Shown: piece by piece, positions 61,801 to 64,000 of the stretch
Layout: every line of letters begins with the position of its first letter
Numbering within the stretch: the first letter of the stretch is position 1
NCBI GenBank assembly: GCA_963840855.1
Contig: CAWJBB010000061.1
Span: forward strand, 119,252-183,251
Direction of reading: 5' to 3'
Source: an uncultured delta proteobacterium
GTDB taxonomy: Bacteria; Desulfobacterota; Binatia; UBA9968
DNA length: 64,000 bases
Program-made: the position numbers and the translations under genes
Notes under the pieces: model-generated
Database searches by the model: none
Told to the model about the DNA's origin: nothing
Seen by the model: only the letters and a program-made list of their open reading frames with translations

Positions 61801-62907
61801 ATGGCCGAGAGATTGGTTATCGATGCGGATTCCCATGTCGAAGAGGTCGATGCGACCTGGGACTATCTTGACGACCGCTTCCGAGAAAGAAGACCACAGA
61901 CGATCACGCTGGAGAATCGCGCTATTTTCGCCAATCGCAACGCCTGCTGGTACATCGACGGCGATGTCTATCCCAAGGTCGTCGGGCGCGGCGTTACAAC
62001 CTACGGCACTCCTATTACCAGTGTCTACGCCCGCAACAAGGCTTTCAGCCTGGAGAGCCAGGGTATGACCGATCCCAAAGCTAGAGTACGTGATCTGGAC
62101 AGGCAGGGAATCGCCGTTCAAGTCATCTACCATACCATCTTTCTCGAGCCTTTGACCGATGATCCTGAATTCGAGGCGGCCCTTATGCGTAGTTACAACA
62201 CCTGGATAGCGAAGGCCTGCGCCCAGAGCCCAAAACGATTGAAGTGGGCAGCTCCAATGCCGCTGCAAAACGTGGCGGCGGCTATCGAGGAATTGGGCCG
62301 GGTCAAACAGTTGGGTGCTGTGGCAGTCACTCTAAGCGGGACGGTCGGGGATCGCATGCTCCACGACTCTCGCTTCGATCCTTTCTTCGCCGAGGCCGAG
62401 CGGCTGAACATGCCGGTCAGCGTCCACATCAGCTGGTCCCATCAAGGCTTGCGGCAAAGCGTGGACTCAGTTTACGGAGCCAATTGCATCAGCATTAATT
62501 TCACCGTGCTCATGGGATTTTTTAGCCTTCTAGGCGCTGTATTGGATCGCCACCCCGGTTTGAAGGTCGCGTTCTTGGAAGCCGGGAGCGAGTGGGTTCC
62601 CTACATGGTTCACCGCATGGACCATTACTACGAAGCGGAAAGAAGATCGGGCTGGCCGATTCCCAAGCGTCCCGCGAGCGCTTATCTGAAAGACTGCCAA
62701 ATTTATTTCACTTGTGAGGCCGAAGAACAGCTATTACCTGAAGTTCTTGAGCTGGTGGGAGAGGATCGCATGATGATCTCGTCGGATATCCCTCACAGCG
62801 AAGGAAGAGAGACCGCCATAGAGGAGATCCTGGCGCGGCCGGACCTGAGCGAATCCACCAAGGAAAAGATCCTGGGCTTGAATGCCCGAGCGTTTTATAA
62901 CTTGTGA
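61801..62907 (+). CDS. Amidohydrolase_2 family protein
   Basis: IDADSHV, VSVH, FLEAG..W, SDIPH, ILGLNA. Confidence 0.88.
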   Translation: MAERLVIDADSHVEEVDATWDYLDDRFRERRPQTITLENRAIFANRNACWYIDGDVYPKVVGRGVTTYGTPITSVYARNKAFSLESQGMTDPKARVRDLDRQGIAVQVIYHTIFLEPLTDDPEFEAALMRSYNTWIAKACAQSPKRLKWAAPMPLQNVAAAIEELGRVKQLGAVAVTLSGTVGDRMLHDSRFDPFFAEAERLNMPVSVHISWSHQGLRQSVDSVYGANCISINFTVLMGFFSLLGAVLDRHPGLKVAFLEAGSEWVPYMVHRMDHYYEAERRSGWPIPKRPASAYLKDCQIYFTCEAEEQLLPEVLELVGEDRMMISSDIPHSEGRETAIEEILARPDLSESTKEKILGLNARAFYNL

Positions 62908-62941
62908 TGCATTCGATGACGGGCTGGGAAGGAGGTTTACA

Positions 62942-64000
62942 GTGACAACAAGAGATCGGTTTCTGATATTCCTTCTTGCGATAGTTTCGTACCTGGCAAT
63001 TCTGCCCATCGCGGTTTTTTCGCAAACTCCTTTTTATCAAGGAAAGACGCTGAAGGTCATCAACAACGATCCCGGCGGAACTGCGGGGATGCGCGTTAAA
63101 GTCGTGGTTTCGTATCTGCGCAAATATATTCCGGGAAATCCGACTATCATCGTCGAATTCATGGATGGCGGCGGAGGCCGAAGGGCGGCCAATCACATGT
63201 ACCGTTCGGCGCAACCCGACGGGCTCACCGTGGGAGCCTTGAGCAGTTCGATCATTGGGCTGCACGTCATGCGGGAAACAGGCGTTATGTATGACATCGA
63301 CAAATTCATCTATCTCGGCACCCCCGTGAGCGAGAATCACAATGTCATCTACACTCGAAGGGAGCTCGGTCTAAACACTCCGGAAAAACTCAGGGCCGCA
63401 ACGGGCATCAGAATCGGCGCCCAAGAGGTGGGAGCCGTTGCGTATACCTCCGGGAGGCTTTTTGCATACTTCCTGGATTTGAAGGCGCCGAAATTCGTAA
63501 CCGGCTATTCGTCGCTCGAAGCCGATGTCGCCTTGATGAACGCAGAAATCGATTCGCGCGCGAACAATACGACTTCGGTTTTGAGGCGCAATCGTGAATG
63601 GGTGGAAAAGGGAATAATGAATTTTCACGCGATTTTGGAAGTTCCGAAGGGCGATAAGCATCCACACCCGCTCTTTGCTCAACTCCCGGAGATCGAGAGC
63701 TTTGCTAAAACAGACAAAGAAAAGAAGCTCTTGGCGATGTGGCGCGCTTTCAGAACGGCGACCTCGCCTTACGTTTTGCCGCCGGGAACTCCCAAGGACC
63801 GGGTTGAGATCCTGCAAGAAGCGATGCGCAAGGTACTTAAAGATCCTGAGTTCCGCGCGGAATTCAAGAAACTCGTCACCGACGACGTTTCCCCGTTGAT
63901 GCCTGAAGAGTTGATGAAAATTATCAAAGAGACGCCCCGCGATGCTGAGGTGATTGAAATGCTTAAGAAGTTTTCCGGCGTCGAACCGCTGCCGCCGCGC
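62942..64000 (+). CDS. Bug/TctC-like substrate-binding protein, runs off window end
   Basis: GTG 62942 with RBS AGGAGG; ...QTPFYQGKTLKVI...KYIPGNPTIIVEFM..GGG...PDGLT...PPGTPKDRV. Absent from the ORF track. Confidence 0.8.
   Translation, partial: MTTRDRFLIFLLAIVSYLAILPIAVFSQTPFYQGKTLKVINNDPGGTAGMRVKVVVSYLRKYIPGNPTIIVEFMDGGGGRRAANHMYRSAQPDGLTVGALSSSIIGLHVMRETGVMYDIDKFIYLGTPVSENHNVIYTRRELGLNTPEKLRAATGIRIGAQEVGAVAYTSGRLFAYFLDLKAPKFVTGYSSLEADVALMNAEIDSRANNTTSVLRRNREWVEKGIMNFHAILEVPKGDKHPHPLFAQLPEIESFAKTDKEKKLLAMWRAFRTATSPYVLPPGTPKDRVEILQEAMRKVLKDPEFRAEFKKLVTDDVSPLMPEELMKIIKETPRDAEVIEMLKKFSGVEPLPPR

Noticed and set aside
1-64000. tRNA or rRNA genes, including tRNA-Sec
   Set aside because: None recognised by eye; a tRNAscan/Infernal run would be needed to exclude them.

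Overview
A bacterial window whose gene content (many orphan ABC/TTT substrate-binding proteins, selenoproteins) resembles Candidatus Binatia or related deltaproteobacteria; that assignment is inference only. From 1-9.8 kb there is a housekeeping/redox block. In it, two paralogous Bcp/PrxQ peroxiredoxins, each with an in-frame UGA at the catalytic Cys (probable selenoproteins), flank a LysR regulator, an Egt1/EgtB-type sulfoxide synthase, DUF427 and a PhnD-like binding protein. From about 10-39 kb there is an accessory region built from repeated units of an orphan ABC_sub_bind gene plus a conserved ~200 bp hairpin spacer. Cargo blocks sit at that spacer: a duplicated small-gene module, DUF1080, SpoVG, a sulfotransferase, a chromate-resistance cluster and IS elements. 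From 39-56 kb there is a Tc (ABC) toxin locus: a TcB-TcC fusion with an unrecognised C-terminal effector, a compact TcA, and a poly-gamma-glutamate hydrolase. The TcB-TcC gene is interrupted by an IS110 element whose CT core, circle-junction promoter and bridge-RNA target/donor guides can all be read from the sequence. From 56-64 kb there are an aspartyl protease, a tripartite tricarboxylate transporter, binding proteins and an amidohydrolase. Many single frameshifts may be assembly indels. All family assignments come from motif recognition, with no database search.
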